DNA of 64,000 nt from Mobula hypostoma (lineage: Eukaryota): positions 58,406,001-58,470,000 of the forward strand of contig NC_086097.1 of NCBI RefSeq assembly GCF_963921235.1. Reading direction: 5' to 3'. The position numbers and the translations under genes were made by a program. Positions 27,799 through 41,432 of the stretch are shown in pieces. The notes below the pieces were generated by a model. The model was not told where the DNA came from, ran no database searches, and worked only from the letters and a program-made list of their open reading frames with translations. Numbering within the stretch: position 1 is the stretch's first letter; each line of letters opens with the position of its first letter.

Positions 27799-28873
27799 CA
27801 CACAAAATGCTGGTGAAACGCAGCAGGCCAGGCAGCATCTATAGGAAGAAGTACAGTCGATGTTTCGGGCCAAGATCCTTTGTCAGGACTAACTGAAGGA
27901 AGAGGATAGTAAGAGATTTGAGAGGGGGAGGGGGAGATCCGAAATGATAGGAGAGGACAGGAGGGAGAGGGATGAAGCTAAGAGCTGGAAAGTTGATTGG
28001 CAAAAGGGATACAAGGCTGGAGAAGGGAGAGGATCATGGGACAGGAGGCCCAGGGAGAAGGAAAAGGGGGAGGGGGGGAACCCAAGGATAGGCAAGGGGT
28101 ATAGTCAGAGGGACAGAGGGAGAAAAAGGAGAGAGAGAGAGATAAAGAATGTGTGTATATAAATAAATAACAGATGGGGTACGAGGGGGAGGTGGGGCAT
28201 TAGCGGAAGTTAGAGAAGTCAGTGTTCATGCCATCAGGTTGGAGGCTACCCAGACAGAATATAAGGTGTTGTTCCTCCAACCTGAGTGCTGCTTCATCTT
28301 GACAGTAGAGGAGGCCATGGATAGACATAAGATGAAACCACACTCAGGTTGGAGGAACAACACCTTATATTCCATCTGGGTAGCCTCCAACCTGATGGCA
28401 TGAACATTGACTTCTCTGACTTCCATTAATGCTCCTCCTCCCCTTCTTACCCCATCCCTTATTTATTTATTATTTTTTCCTTTTTTTTTCTCTCTCTCTC
28501 TGTCCTCACAGTAACTCCTTTCCTCCTCTCCATTTTCCTCTCGTGCTCACCTCCCCCTTTCTTTCTCCCCAGGCCTCTGTCCCATGGTCCTCTCCCTTCT
28601 TCAGCCTTGTATCCTTTTTGCCAATCAACTTTCCAGCTCTTAGCTTCATCCACCCCCACCCCCCCATTCTTCTATCATTTCGGATCTCCCCCTCCCCCTC
28701 TCACTTTCTAATCTCTTACTATCTCTTCTTTCAGTTAGTCCTGATGAAGGATCTTGGCCCGAAACGTCGACTGTACTTCTTCCTATAGATGCTGCCTGGC
28801 CTGCTGCGTTCCACCAGCATTTTGTGTGTATTGCTTGAATTTGCAGCATCTGCAGATTTCCTCGTGTTTGGGG
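27799..28873. mobile_element. Penelope-like element made of two inverted 3' ends (GIY-YIG C-terminus, pyrimidine tract, hammerhead)
   Basis: TSD AGGAGATATT at 27789-27798 and 28874-28883; arms of about 530 bp meet near 28329; LEEQHL.F.LGSLQPDGMN appears on both strands. Confidence 0.85.
28736..28773 (+). ncRNA. Minimal hammerhead ribozyme motif (PLE type)
   Basis: AGTC-CTGATGA-AGGATCTTGGCCC-GAAA-CGTC^GACT; core intact, one mismatch in stem II. Confidence 0.7.
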
Positions 28874-30805
28874 AGGAGATATTGACTGGTTCCAATCATT
28901 TAACTGTTCTCATTTGTTCATGGACTTTGGAATACAGATTTACTTTTATGCAGGAGGCATATAAGGAACAACATTCTCTCAGGGATGAATAGTAATGATT
29001 TGGGATTTGAAACTGCAAGGGAACTGGAAATGGAAGCACCCTTTTCAATTAGGGTTTATGGGAAAATTTTCTGCAGAGGCAAAAGGAAAGAGTGGGGTGA
29101 ATGGAAATGTTGGGTCACTAGACTACTGGTGTAATAACTATGGTATGATATTAACTTTTTTTCAAGGTATTTAGACATTTTAAAATGAACATTTAGATAT
29201 GTTAAAATAAATACAGGTAATTCAAAATCTATAAATTTTCTGTAACTTGTGATTTTCCTTTGCCTTTGTTCCTCTCTATTGTATTGAGTACAATTGCTGA
29301 CAGGGAAGTAGAAGTTTGTGCATTGTATTAAAAACTTCCAACCTCTCAATGATTATTTGATTTTAAATTGCCAGCAGAATACTGTGAAAGTGATTGTCCT
29401 ATGAGGAAAGATTGAGCAGGCTGGGTATTTTCCATTTAACTCTGGAAGAATCAGAGATGATCTTATTGAAAGTTAGAACATCTCAAGAGGAATGGAAAAA
29501 GTAGTTGTGAGAGTGGATGCTAGTATGATGACAGTAGAACTTGGGCTGTAATTGCTGGGGTGTCAGTTTAAGAAGTAAATGAGGATGAAGTTATTCTGAG
29601 GTCATCATGAATCTTTGGAATTTTGTCTCCATGAGTTATGGAGGATGCCTTTGAATATATTCAAGATGGAGGAAGATGAAATTTGAACTTTAGGAAGGCT
29701 GGGGGTTGTAGAGTGTAGAAAGGAATTGATGTCAAGTCCAGATCAATAATATTGAATGGCAGAGCTGCCTCAGAGGATCATATGCCCTCCTCAAATTCTG
29801 AAACCAACAAATTCTGAAACCAAGCTCCTTCTGAATTAACCAAAATGTGACATTATAGATAACATGTATTGTACCAAGCAGTATATTTAGGAGAGAAATT
29901 TGGATTTCATCTTGCATACCTGTGATTTTTGCATAATACATTCTTAAGTTCTGTGCAGTATCACAAAAAAGAAGTAAAAAAGGATACCATTTCCTCTTCA
30001 ACCTGATCTCTGTGTCCAGAGTATGATGAAAATGATAATATTTCTTCATCTTAAGTAGTTACCTACCTAAGCTTGAAAAGACAAGTGTCTTTTAAGAGAT
30101 TTCTTTCGTATTCATTTCAGTCAAAATTGACCTCCCTTCAAACTTTCATGTGTGGGCTGAAGGTATTTTGATTTGTTCTTGATAATGTTATAAACAGTCC
30201 CATTTTTAATTAGGTTAATTAATACAGTGGAAACAATCTTTTATAAAGGTGAAAATAAAATATAGGCATGGCAAAAATTTGACTGCAAAAATGTGAGTAC
30301 AATTATTTTTTCTCTGGGAAGCTTGTTTGAGATTTATGTTGCTAGGAGCTTGGGAAAATTGGGAACAGGGGTGGGGGAATAATTGCCATTATTTCTAAAG
30401 GAAATTCTAAGCAACAAATTCTGAAGCCAAGGGGCTTTTCAATTGAGCAAAATGAGGTGCAAATCAGCTCTGATCTAATTGTTTGAACTGTACCACAGAG
30501 TTGGTTAATTGTGGTTGATTTGCATCTCAGACTTGTTTGTCTAAAATTGTTTCAGAGCTTTGGATTTTTGTAATGTAAGGTTGTCAGATCCAGTCAAGAA
30601 AGCTCCAGTAATTTCTAAAGATCAATTTAATCTTAACATAAAAATCCTCTTGACTTGCTCAGAGTCCTCAGTAATTTATAAACTTTACTGAGGCTTTAGA
30701 GACTACTGGCAGAAAAGCTCTGCACAACGTTGGAAGGTTATTTTATGTTACAATTGTGCACAGGATTCTAGGCTACTTATTCTTGCCCGAAAATCTAATT
30801 TTGAG

Positions 30806-33340
30806 TCTGATATTTGTAGTACTGGGAAGTCGGGTGGCCATGAATTACACACATGAGAGATGGAGAGGTGAGGAACAATGTGCAGGTGTTCATTTTGCTT
30901 ACAAGTCATAATCCCAGAATGCCCTCACATTATGTTCAGTACATAACACATAGGGGAGCTTGACAGCAAGCTGTAAGGGTCAAAGTATAAGTGAATACAT
31001 AACATAACCCTCCCCTCCTTATTTTAAAGGGTTATTCCCCTTCCCATATACTATTAACTTTCAATGGTGTAATCAAATTCTAACCAACAACAACATTTTC
31101 AGAATCAGGTTTAATATCATCGGCATATGTCGTGAAATTTGTTAACTTGCGGCAGTAGTACAATGGAATACATGACAATAAAGAAAAAATAGTAAGTAAA
31201 GCAATTACAGCAAGTATATATATATATATAGTTAAATAAAAAGTAGTGCAAAACAGAAATAATATTTTTTTTAAAAAGTGAAATGGTGTTCATGGGGTCA
31301 ATGTCCATTTAGGGGAAGAAGCTGTTCCTGAATCACTGAGTGTGTGTCTTCAGGCTTCTGTTCAGGCTGGGTTAATGGTTGCCTTCAAATCTCCACAAGC
31401 CATGAAGACCCATCCCTTAGGACAGGGGCCACAGAAGTTGCCCATTTAGTTACACACAGTAAGGTTCTAATACCTTACTCTGGACCAGTCTTTCCAATTC
31501 AGCCTCTACCTTTGGTTTGGGAACATGTGTAACAGGTCTTTCCTTCCGACATTTGGGTGTTGTGTCAGGCTTACCAGACAGCTTAGCAGTGGTTCCTTTC
31601 ATGCTGCCCAGTTCACCTCTGAATACTTGTGTGTGTTTCTTCAGTAGCTCTTGTAGACCAGTGCTTCCACCAATCAAGTGCACTTTGTGCTAGTTGAGCT
31701 CGAGCTGATCCAAGCACAAACAGCCCAAAAGCACTGGATAACTACCTTTAACTATGTACCATTTGTTAGTCTCACTGTAAGATGTACTACGTCCCTCACT
31801 GGAACAACTTCACCAGTGCAAGTCTTTAAAGTCAACCTTGCCCATTCTGGTGTGAGATGTTGCAATTTTCCTTGTAAACTGTCTCTTGACACCAGCGAAA
31901 CAGCAGGACCTCTGTCCACCTGCATACTCACTGTGACTATATTCAACCGGGGGGGGGGGGGGGATGGAATCACCCAATAGCCATATCTGTGTCCTACTAT
32001 GTCCTAGAACAGATAAAACATGCAAAGCTACTTCAACCACAATGAGAGTCACTCAGTCCATCCTCATTATGCTCCATCTTGTTCACTTTTCGTTTTGTTT
32101 TTCCAAAAGTCATTATTCTTCATTACGTTGTTTTAGCTTGACAGTGTCTTTTACTTTTATGTGTCCCATTTTGCCACAGTTTCGGCGGTCTAAATCCTTA
32201 TACTGGCATTCTTTTGCTGAATGCCCAGTTTTGGACAATGGTAACATTGATTGCCAATAAGTGTCCTATTCTTAAAGTCAGTATAATCTTTATGAACTTG
32301 AGAAGATACACTTAATAGCTGTGCTTCTTTAGTTGCCACCTCCATAGATGTATTAATCCCATTTGCTTTGTGTAATAATAGTATGTCTTACGTAAGCAAA
32401 TGTTTCTGAATTGCCGCACTGTGCAGACCACGTACGTCTATCATAATACGTGTCATTCAGCAATTGCCCAAAGTCAGTGTTCAGCAGATCAAAAATTCAA
32501 AGCAGATTTATTATCGAAGTACATATATGTAACTATATACAATCCTGAGAATTATTTTCTTGCAGGCATACTCAATAAATCCATTAAAGAATGACAACCA
32601 GAATAGAATCAATGGATGACCGCACCAGCTTTGGTGTTCAACCATCGTGCAAAAGACAATAAACTATTCAATACAAGAAAGAAAAATAATAATTATAAAT
32701 AGATAAGGAATGAATATTGAGAACATGAGATGAGGAGTCCTTGAAAGTGAGTCCATAGGTTGTGGGAGCGCTTCCACAATGGGGCAAGTGAAGGTATCCT
32801 CTTTGGTTCCACAGCCTGATGGGTAAGGGATAATAACTGTTCCTGAACCTGATGGTGTGGGTCCTGAAGCTCCTGTACCTCCCTGATGGCAGCAGAGAAA
32901 AGAGCATGATCTGGGTGGTGGGAGGTCCCTGATGTTGCCTCCCCCCTCCCTTTCCCCTCTCTCATTTGTTTTATTTAACCATCCTGTTCCTGCTTCTCCC
33001 CTCGGATTCTTCACTCACCAGGCTTCCTGCGGCTGTTTTCTTTCTGCTTGCCCACGTGATACTGCATTACGTTGGCAGTGTTGCAAACCGACTTTTCTTG
33101 CTGAAGGGAACAAAACAATGAATAGTGAGGACTTGTCACCTCATTGCCATTTATTATGTTTGCGATTCTGGAAGGCCGGGTGGCCGTGAATAACACAGGG
33201 AGAGGAGAGGAGAAGAACAAATGTGCAGCTGTTTATTTTGCTTGTAATTCATCTACCCAGAATGCCCTCTCACATTATGTTCAGTGCATTACACACAGGG
33301 AACCTTGACAGTAACCCGCCAGGGTCAAAATACATTAACA
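30806..33340 (-). mobile_element. Internally deleted Gypsy LTR retrotransposon with short LTRs (30806-31004 and 33152-33340)
   Basis: TSD TTGAG on both sides; PBS-like TGGCAATGAGG (33139-33149, minus); polypurine tract at ~31005-31025; gag knuckle CYHCPKLGHSAKEC; protease remnant MQVDRGPAVS; pre-RT segment KVEAELERL; LINE tails nested at ~31100-31365 and ~32490-32935. Confidence 0.85.
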
Positions 33341-34459
33341 TTGAGCAATGCTTTTTATGTTGACATTACAATTGAAACTCTCTGCATGAACCCCAGTATC
33401 AGTGTACACACAGCTTCTAGAATCTGTTATTTGACGATTTGGAAATCTCAGTGGTTTGGTATTTGACTCACCCAGATGATTTTCCCCAGTCTTCCTTTTG
33501 ACAGTCTGGGCTTTGGTCCCTGTGAACTATTTCAAATCATTGTGTTCACTGGAAAATGTACTTCATTATTGTTTTACCTCTGAAACAATGAATTGAAAGT
33601 GCATTGGAAAGTTAATTATAATAATATACAAAGGTTCAGAAAAGTCTCCCAGCCTGGAACCATCAGAATCCCAAATCTGCCAGGTTATCAGAGTTTTGCC
33701 AATGAAGGCAATGCCCCAGCTGCAGGATTTGTTGTGCTTATAAAGTATGCCCGTCATCTGGCTTCTTACAGGTTTTTACATGAGTAAAGTTATCTTGCCA
33801 CTCTGTCTTGATCTTTGTTTCCTGTGCTATGGGTCATTCTCCCACCTCAGGCCTACGTCAGCCCTATTCAATATTTAACTATACAGCAAAATCAAATCTT
33901 ATCTCCTCCCTTGATAAATTAAATTTATATCTCTAATATACAAAATCTATTTTTATTCTGTGCTCTTTCCTGGCCTTCTGCTTAAATAGAAATTGCTGTT
34001 AATCCATTTAAAGTGAAGGCAAAGTTTTCTTTTTTACTTTTATTTGCAATTAGACTTCTAGTTTAAATTTTAACAGTACAAAACTTCTGCCTTCTCGATT
34101 CCCACCCAATTCAAAATAAATTATTAAGTGTTTCTTTCAGGTCACTGCATCAGTCTTGAAGTTAATAGGAACCACTAATTATTATAGCTCAGGGAATGAA
34201 TTGATTTAATGATGAGTTCACCCAGTGTAAAAAACCTGTTCCAAATTTTATTAATAAATCATTGAGTTCTTAAAATAATTAACTACATTCCCCTCTGCTG
34301 CTCTTTTATTAATAAATAGCACGTCTCCAAAGTAAATGTCTCTTGTACTAAACCTAAGCTTTGTTTTATACGAACTCCAACCCAAAGTTCTTTCAGTTGA
34401 ATTTTCTTCCTAATAAAACATATACTTGGAATATTGCAATTCACACTTAGAATATTTTG

Positions 34460-35410
34460 TTTAGTTCTAGATGCCACATTTATAGGAAGGTTGTGGAAAC
34501 TTTAGAGAACCTGCAGAGGAGATTTACCAGGATGATGCCTGAATTGAAAACCATGTTTTATGAGGATAGATTAAGCGAGCTAGGGCTTAGTAGAAGTGTT
34601 AAAGATAATAAGAGACATTGATGGAATGGTCAGCCAGGGTTGAAATTGCTAATTCAAGCCTCAGATGGTTGAGGAAGTTTGGTATGGGCCCCCAAATCCT
34701 AAGAACTTTCTACAGGGGCACAGTTGAGAGCATCCTGACTGGCTGCATCACTGCCTGGTATGGGAACTGTACCTCCCTTAATCACAGGACTCTGCAGAAA
34801 GTGGTGCGGATAGCCCAGCGCATCTGTAGTTGTGAAATCTACAAAGACAAGTGTGTAAAAAGGGCCCGTAGGATCATTGGGGACCCGAGTCACCCCAACC
34901 ATAATCTATTCCAACTGCTACCATCCAGGAAACGGTACCACAGCATAAAAGCCAGGACCAACAGGCTCTGGGACAGCTTCTTCCACCAGGCCATCAGACT
35001 AATTAACTCACGTTGGTTTGAGTGTATTCTGTGTTACATAGACTGTTTTATTTATTATAAATTACTATGATTGCACATTGCTCATTTAGACAGAGACGTA
35101 ATGTAAAGATTTTTACTCATGTATGTGAAGGATGTAAGAAATAAAGTCAATTCAATTCATAACTAACGTGTTGGGAGGAAAGTATAGGGGGAGATATCAG
35201 AAGCGGGTTTCTTACATAGTAATCGGCGCATGGAATGCACTGCCAAGGTTGGTCATAGAGGCAGATCCATTAATGATGCTTGAGAGATAATTAGATAAGC
35301 ACATAGATGAAAGAAAAATGGAAGGGAAGGGTAAGATTGATCTTGGAATAGGTTAAGGGGTTGGCACAACATTGTAGGCTGAAGAGCTTCTACTGTTCTG
35401 TGCTCTATTC
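34460..35410 (+). mobile_element. CR1 3' fragment interrupted by a Rex1/Babar 3' end (~34660-35160)
   Basis: The Rex segment reads ESILTGCITAWYG...RLWDSFF with a (TCAAT)n tail; CR1 similarity on both sides. Confidence 0.7.
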
Positions 35411-35992
35411 TTGTCTCAATTTCATGTAATATTATGAACAAATCTCAACAGAAGATCAATTTATTGTCAACAAATCTAGCTTGCCACAATTTTTGATGTT
35501 TTTTTGTTCCATTTCCCACATAGATTGATGTGCAAGCACTCCCTATTCCATTTGCCATGTAAGCTTTTCACCAAAGTAAGGATTTGCTGGTGGGTGGGGC
35601 TGCCGCTGACTTCTCTGCACTCCTTGTGTCATATTCAGTTTCCTGCCCCATCTACGTCACCACTGTCCATGTCTCCAGACCGTAACACTTCACGTTACAA
35701 AGATTTTCACCTCACATGAGCCAAACCCATATCAGACCTCCCTAGGGAAGCTAGTGTAGAAAAGCTTTTTATTCTTTCTTTTAAAAAAATTAGTAACTCT
35801 TTAGTATAAAGGTCAGAAGGTAGTCATGTTAAAATGTGAAGCATTTGCTCATTATTGTTGCCATGAGATTTCTGGTTGTTATCTTTTAAGTTTGAAATGT
35901 ATTACAAATTGGTCTACGGCTGAAAAGAACTTAAACTGGAATCCTTTACTGTCTTCTGTTTGATGACCTTCACATACCCTTATTCTTGAGAG

Positions 35993-36610
35993 CAGCCTTT
36001 CTCAACCTTTTTTGCCCTGGAGGAACCCTTGAAATAATTTTCATGTCTTGGGGAACCGCTGCATAAAAATTATTATATCTACAGCTCACTGTATGGTAGA
36101 GTAATCATAAGTTGTAGATATAATAATCCAAAAATAATTTTCAATGCTATTTTGAGTAGAGAATGAATCTTTAGCCAACCTTTCTTGAAAAAAACAGATA
36201 GCTGAGCCTAGCTTGCCTTTCTTGAAATTAATCTCTTTCTTTCCCTTACATAATTTTTAAAAACTCATAAGGCAAACATAAATGTTTTCTTCCTAAGTGA
36301 CATGATCAGGCTCAAATATAGTCCAAACGATAAATTTCTTTTAAATAACTGGCTTAAGCCAAAATGGGATTCCATTTTTCTGAAGGTAGGCTTGGTGGAT
36401 TTACTTTAAATAAAGGTTGTAAATTGATTTTAATTAATGCTGCGTACAACATGAAAACTTATTGACAATGTTGAGTAGTAAGGTTACTAAAAACCATAAG
36501 CTAGAGGAATATGAATAAAAATACAGCCTAAGACACATCTTTATACAAGGCTTTGAAAAAACATTTTCTTACTAAGTAACATAATCAGGCTCAAATATAG
36601 CTAACATGTG
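35993..36610. mobile_element. Possible truncated hAT (Charlie-like) DNA transposon end
   Basis: Starts with the TIR-like CAGCCTTTCTCAACC followed by GGAACC subterminal motifs; no partner TIR found. Confidence 0.4.
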
Positions 36611-36649
36611 AAACCTGTGCTTGTTTTTTGCTGCACAAATACTCAATTA

Positions 36650-37104
36650 TGGGGAGAAGCGGCAGAAGGTTGTAAATCTAGTCAGCTCCATCTTGGGTAC
36701 CAGCCTACAAAGTACCCAGAACATCTTCAGGGAGCGGTGTCTCAGAAGGGCAATTTAAGGACCTCCAGCACCCAGGGCATGCACTTTTCTCACTGTTACC
36801 ATCAGGTAGGAGGTCCAGAAGCCTGAAGGCACACACTCAGCGATTCAGGAACAGCTTCTTTCCCTCTGCCATCCGATTCCTAAATGGACATTGAACCCTT
36901 GGACACTACCTCACTTTGTTAATATACAGTATTTCTGTTTTTTCACGTTTTTAAAATTTATTCCATATACGTATACTGTAATTGATTTACTTATTATTTT
37001 TATTTTATTGTTTTCCTCTTCAATGTATTGCATTGAACTGCTGCTGCTAAGTTAACAAATTTCATGTCACAGGCCAGTGATAATAAACCTGATTCTGATT
37101 CTGA
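36650..37104 (+). mobile_element. Rex1/Babar LINE 3' end
   Basis: LPSGRR-type coding end and a (CTGATT)n tail. Confidence 0.75.
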
Positions 37105-37299
37105 AATTACTAAAGTTGATTGTTTCATTTCCAGCTCATTAACAATCTTTTTAACAATTAAAATGGCGCCAACTCTTATATGATGTAGAGAAATGTCTGA
37201 TAACTCTTAAAATTTTGAAGTGGATAACTACGATTAAATCTGATTTTCAGAGAGATGGTGGAGCTCTATGGCTAGTGAACGGTTGTTGCTAATCATAAA

Positions 37300-37615
37300 G
37301 ATTAAGATTTAAAACTAGTTTTATTTGTCACATGTACTATACATTGAAACATCAAGACGTACAGTGAAATACATCGTTTTGTGTCAGCAACCAACACAGT
37401 CTGAGGATTGTGCTGTAGCAGCCTGCAGGTGTCTCCACGTTTCCAATGCCAATGTGGCGTGCCCAGAACTCACCCTAACCATACATCCTTGAAGATGTGA
37501 GAGGAAACCCACGTGGTGACTGGGAGAACATACAAAGTCCTTTCAGCCGATGATCAGTTGGTGATCATAGGCACTGTAAAGCGATTGCACTAACCGCTTC
37601 ACTACTGTGTCGCCG
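37300..37615 (-). mobile_element. V-SINE with a Rex/L2-type tail
   Basis: Similar to 21505-21820. Confidence 0.65.
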
Positions 37616-38499
37616 CACATTGTTATAAAAATTTGAAAACTGCTGAGTTCAAAGTTTCAAAGAACATTTATTATCAAAGGATGTATAAATTATATTGAGA
37701 TTTGAGACAGAGATACAACTTTGAGATTAGTTTGTTTATAGACAGGCACAAAGCAAGAAACCCGAATGAACCCTATTTTGAAAAAAAGGAAAAAATAAAT
37801 AAAATAAAATATAAAATAATAAAAGATAAAATTAGTGATGAAATAAATCAAGAATCTAGCTGGTCCACTAATTGTTTTAACAGAAATGAGAGTTGGGTTA
37901 CTAATGTAGTCACAAGAAATGAATTCGCTAAACACAAGTTTGTAGGTCCTTCAAAAAATTAACCTTTCTATTTTAAATTGTTGGTTCCTGGACTTAAACC
38001 TTTGCAGGTTAAAACTGACAAAAAAGAAAGGAGCCATCTGTTAAACTCTTTCCAGCACAGATTATAGGCCAAGAGGAGTTTGTGTCAAAATCATCTGGTC
38101 CCTCATTCCTGATCTCTTACAACAATGATGACTCTTTTCACCCTGCCCTTATGCCCAGCTCTTTCCATGGGACAATCCCCTTCAGATAATTGCACTCTGC
38201 CAGCTAGCCCCAACTACAAAAATGCCCTTTTCTGAGATCTTGCCCACTTTCTTGGCAGCCAGACCTAATATTTACATAGGGTTCCAGGCAGGCAGTGTAT
38301 TTAAAATCACCGTGTCTGCTCCTCACATCTCTATGGCCCAGTCTGAATCAGAATTCATTGAAAATATGAAAGCTACAGCAAGGTAGAATAAAGTATGGAA
38401 ACTTAATTGTTACTGTCATTAGTGTTATTTCAAATAGCAAATATAATTTTGATCACAAGTACTTTTTGATAGAATATAACTTTGCATTTATATTTTATA

Positions 38500-39432
38500 A
38501 TGTATCCATGGTTGAATAAGTATGAGGGAGATTGAATATCTGGCTGAGTGGTGCCATAACAACCTCTCACGCAATGTCAGCAACATCAGGGAGATGATTA
38601 TTGACTTCAGTAGGACAAAACCAGAGGTCCATGAGCTAGTCTTCATCTGTGGATCAAACGCGGAGAGGGTCAGCAACTTTAAATTCCTTGGTGTTATCAT
38701 TTTGGAGGATTTGTCATAACATAAAAAGCATGGCAGTGCCTCTTCTTTCTTAAAAGTTTGCAAAGATTGAGAATGTCATCCAAAACTCGGACAAACTTCA
38801 AAAGATGTGTGGTGGAAAGTATATTGACTGGTTGTATCAGAGGCTGGTTTGGAAATACCAATTCCCTTGAATGGAAAAGCTACAAGAAGTAGTGGATACA
38901 GACCAGTCCATTACGGATAGAGTTCTCCCCACCAGTGAGCACATCTATGTGGGGTACTATCGCAGGAAAGTGGCATCCATGGTCGAGGACCTCCACCATT
39001 CAGGCCCGTGTTCTCTTCTTGCTGCTGCTGTCAGGAAGGAGGTACAGGAGCCTCAGGACCCTCACCACCAAATTCAGGAACAGTTATTACCCTGCAGCCA
39101 TCATATCTTGAATCAGAGGGGATAACTTCCTTCAACTACACTTGTTCTATCACTGAACTGATCCCACTGAACTGGACTCACTTTCAAGAACTCTTCATCT
39201 TCTCGATATTTCTTGCTTATTTATTGCTATTGTTTGCTGTCTCTTTTTGTATTTGCACAGTTTGTTGATTTTGGTTTTGCACACTAGTTGTTTGTTCATC
39301 CTGTTGTGTGTGGTCTTTCATTGATTCTGTTGTGTTTTTTGTATTTACTGTGATTGTCAGCAAGCAAATGAATCTTGGGGTTGTATATGGTGACATATAT
39401 GTACTTTGATAATATATTTACTTTGAACTTCT
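38500..39432 (+). mobile_element. Rex1/Babar LINE 3' fragment
   Basis: EIEYLAEWCHNN...VSNFKFLGV; uninterrupted 3' UTR and tail. Confidence 0.8.
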
Positions 39433-39643
39433 TTGAGTGACCTGTTTGTAATTTGGTATGTGTTGTGCAAATGAATGAAACTGAATGAACATCATTATCT
39501 GTGAGAAGCTAATGGATGGAGCTAGGTGTTTAGGTTAACTAAATGAGCCTTGACCTGTTAATGTGATTATGACAAGTTACACTCCATGTATTTGCTAAAG
39601 TTGACGTAGGATCCACTTAAGCAAATGATATTGCTTGCCTTTA

Positions 39644-40248
39644 CTACGCTCTGTCCGCCAGAGAAAGCAGGATCTCCTAGTGGCCACACATTTTAATTCC
39701 ACGTCCCATTCCCATTCTGATATGTCTATCCATGGCCTCCTCTACTGTAAAGATGAAGCCACACTCATGTTGGAGGAACAACACCTTGTATTCCATCTGG
39801 GTAGCCTCCAACCTGATGGCATGAACATTGACTTCTCAAACTTCCGCTAATGCCCCACCTCCCCCTCGTACCCCATCCATTATTTATTTATATACACACA
39901 TTCTTTTTTTCTCTCTCCTTTTTCTCCCTCTGTCCCTCTTACTATACCCCTTGCCCATCCTCTGGGTTTTTTCCCCCTCCCCCTTTTCTTTCTCCCTAGG
40001 CCTCCTGTCCTATGATCCTCTCATATCCCTTTTGCCAATCACCTGTCCAGCTCTTGGCTCCATCCCTCCCCCTCCTGTCTTCTCCTATCATTTTGGATCT
40101 CCCCCTCCCTCTCCCACTTTCAAATCTCTTACTAGCTGTTCTTTCAGTTAGTCCTGACGAAGGGTCTCGGCCCGAATTGCCGACTGTACCTCTTCCTAGA
40201 GATGCTGCCTGGCCTGATGCATTCACCAGCAACTTTTATGTGTGTTGC
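39644..40248 (+). mobile_element. 5'-truncated Penelope-like element 3' end
   Basis: TSD TTGCTTGCCTTTA (39631-43 and 40249-61); GIY-YIG C-terminal part VATHFNSTSHSHSDM...LEEQHLVFHLGSLQPDGMNIDF; hammerhead at ~40150-40186 with a broken GAAA (GAATTGCC). Confidence 0.85.
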
Positions 40249-41360
40249 TTGCTTGCCTTTATTTTTTTTACAATATAGACATCATAGCTTGAGGGAGAAG
40301 TGAATTCTAAAAGCTGGTCTTCCTGCAGTTTGCATTTATTAGTATATTATTTCAGCTACTGAAGAAACTGCAGTTTTTATTTCTAAATGGTGGAAGTTAA
40401 CTGATTCTGAATTGCCAACCCATCAGATGCTGTAGTGTTTTCATAAATAACCCAGCTTTTACAGTTGAAATGGAGTAACAGCAGCGAAAATCCATGAATC
40501 ATGAGTAGTAGTCAGTGCGATCTAGAGAATATGTAGTGGGTAATCAATAAATTGTTTAGATGATTGTCATTCTGATGGAATCTCCCTTGAGTTCATTTAA
40601 ACATTTATTGCCAACATCAATTGCCATTAATGTGGGCAAAGCGTACAGGGTGGCCAAAGCAATAGGTTGGAAAGATTAAGGGAAGAGGAACAATTTAACA
40701 TATTTTTAAACATCTCAAGTTTGCCCATGTGAAATGCATTAGTTCCTGTAGAGTGGCACATCTTTTTTTCTTAGCTGGATGTTTTGTTTTGTATTTCATT
40801 CTAGGTGGGTGTATGGGGTACTGGTGATGCACATTAGGTGATATGCTACTGTGATAACTTCTGTGGAAAGATTATCTGATAATGCCCTAATGTCAGGAAC
40901 ATTGTGCTTTAACAAGTTAAAGTGTGCGATGGTTTATGCTGTAAAGTTCCTACATGCAATAAATTTAATAGAGGTGGGAAAAAAGGTTTTGCTTTTATAA
41001 TTGTCCCTCTAATTTAGTCAGGTATACCCTCTGTTGATTGCCATTCTTGCCTTTTTGAAAGGCTGTTCAATGTTTTCTTTGTCAGTCTCCAGGTAAAGCT
41101 TATCAGTTATTTTTCATGAGCATTTTCCCTCCTGAATGAGGAGGTGCTTTAAGTCAGCTCGAGTTAAGTGTCATTGAATGCCATTAAGTGTCCATTTTCT
41201 CATTTAGATATGGTTTATTGATGGAGTACTATTGGATTTATTTGAATCTGAATACATATTTATCTATTTTTGATAAAGGAAGCATTTTTACCAAAGATTC
41301 ACAGGTTTCTACTTCAGTGAGTTTCATTATACACAATGTTTCATGAAATTTCTTTCACAG

Positions 41361-41432
41361 GAGCAAGAAGAAAATAAAGGAGCCACCAGTTGGCCAGAGT
41401 TTTACATTGATCAGCTGAATTCTATGGCAGTT
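41361..41432 (+). CDS. DAAM1: DAAM1 coding exon: EQEENKGATSWPEFYIDQLNSMAV
   Basis: tttcacag|...|gtgagt, 72 nt, in frame with its neighbours. Confidence 0.96.
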
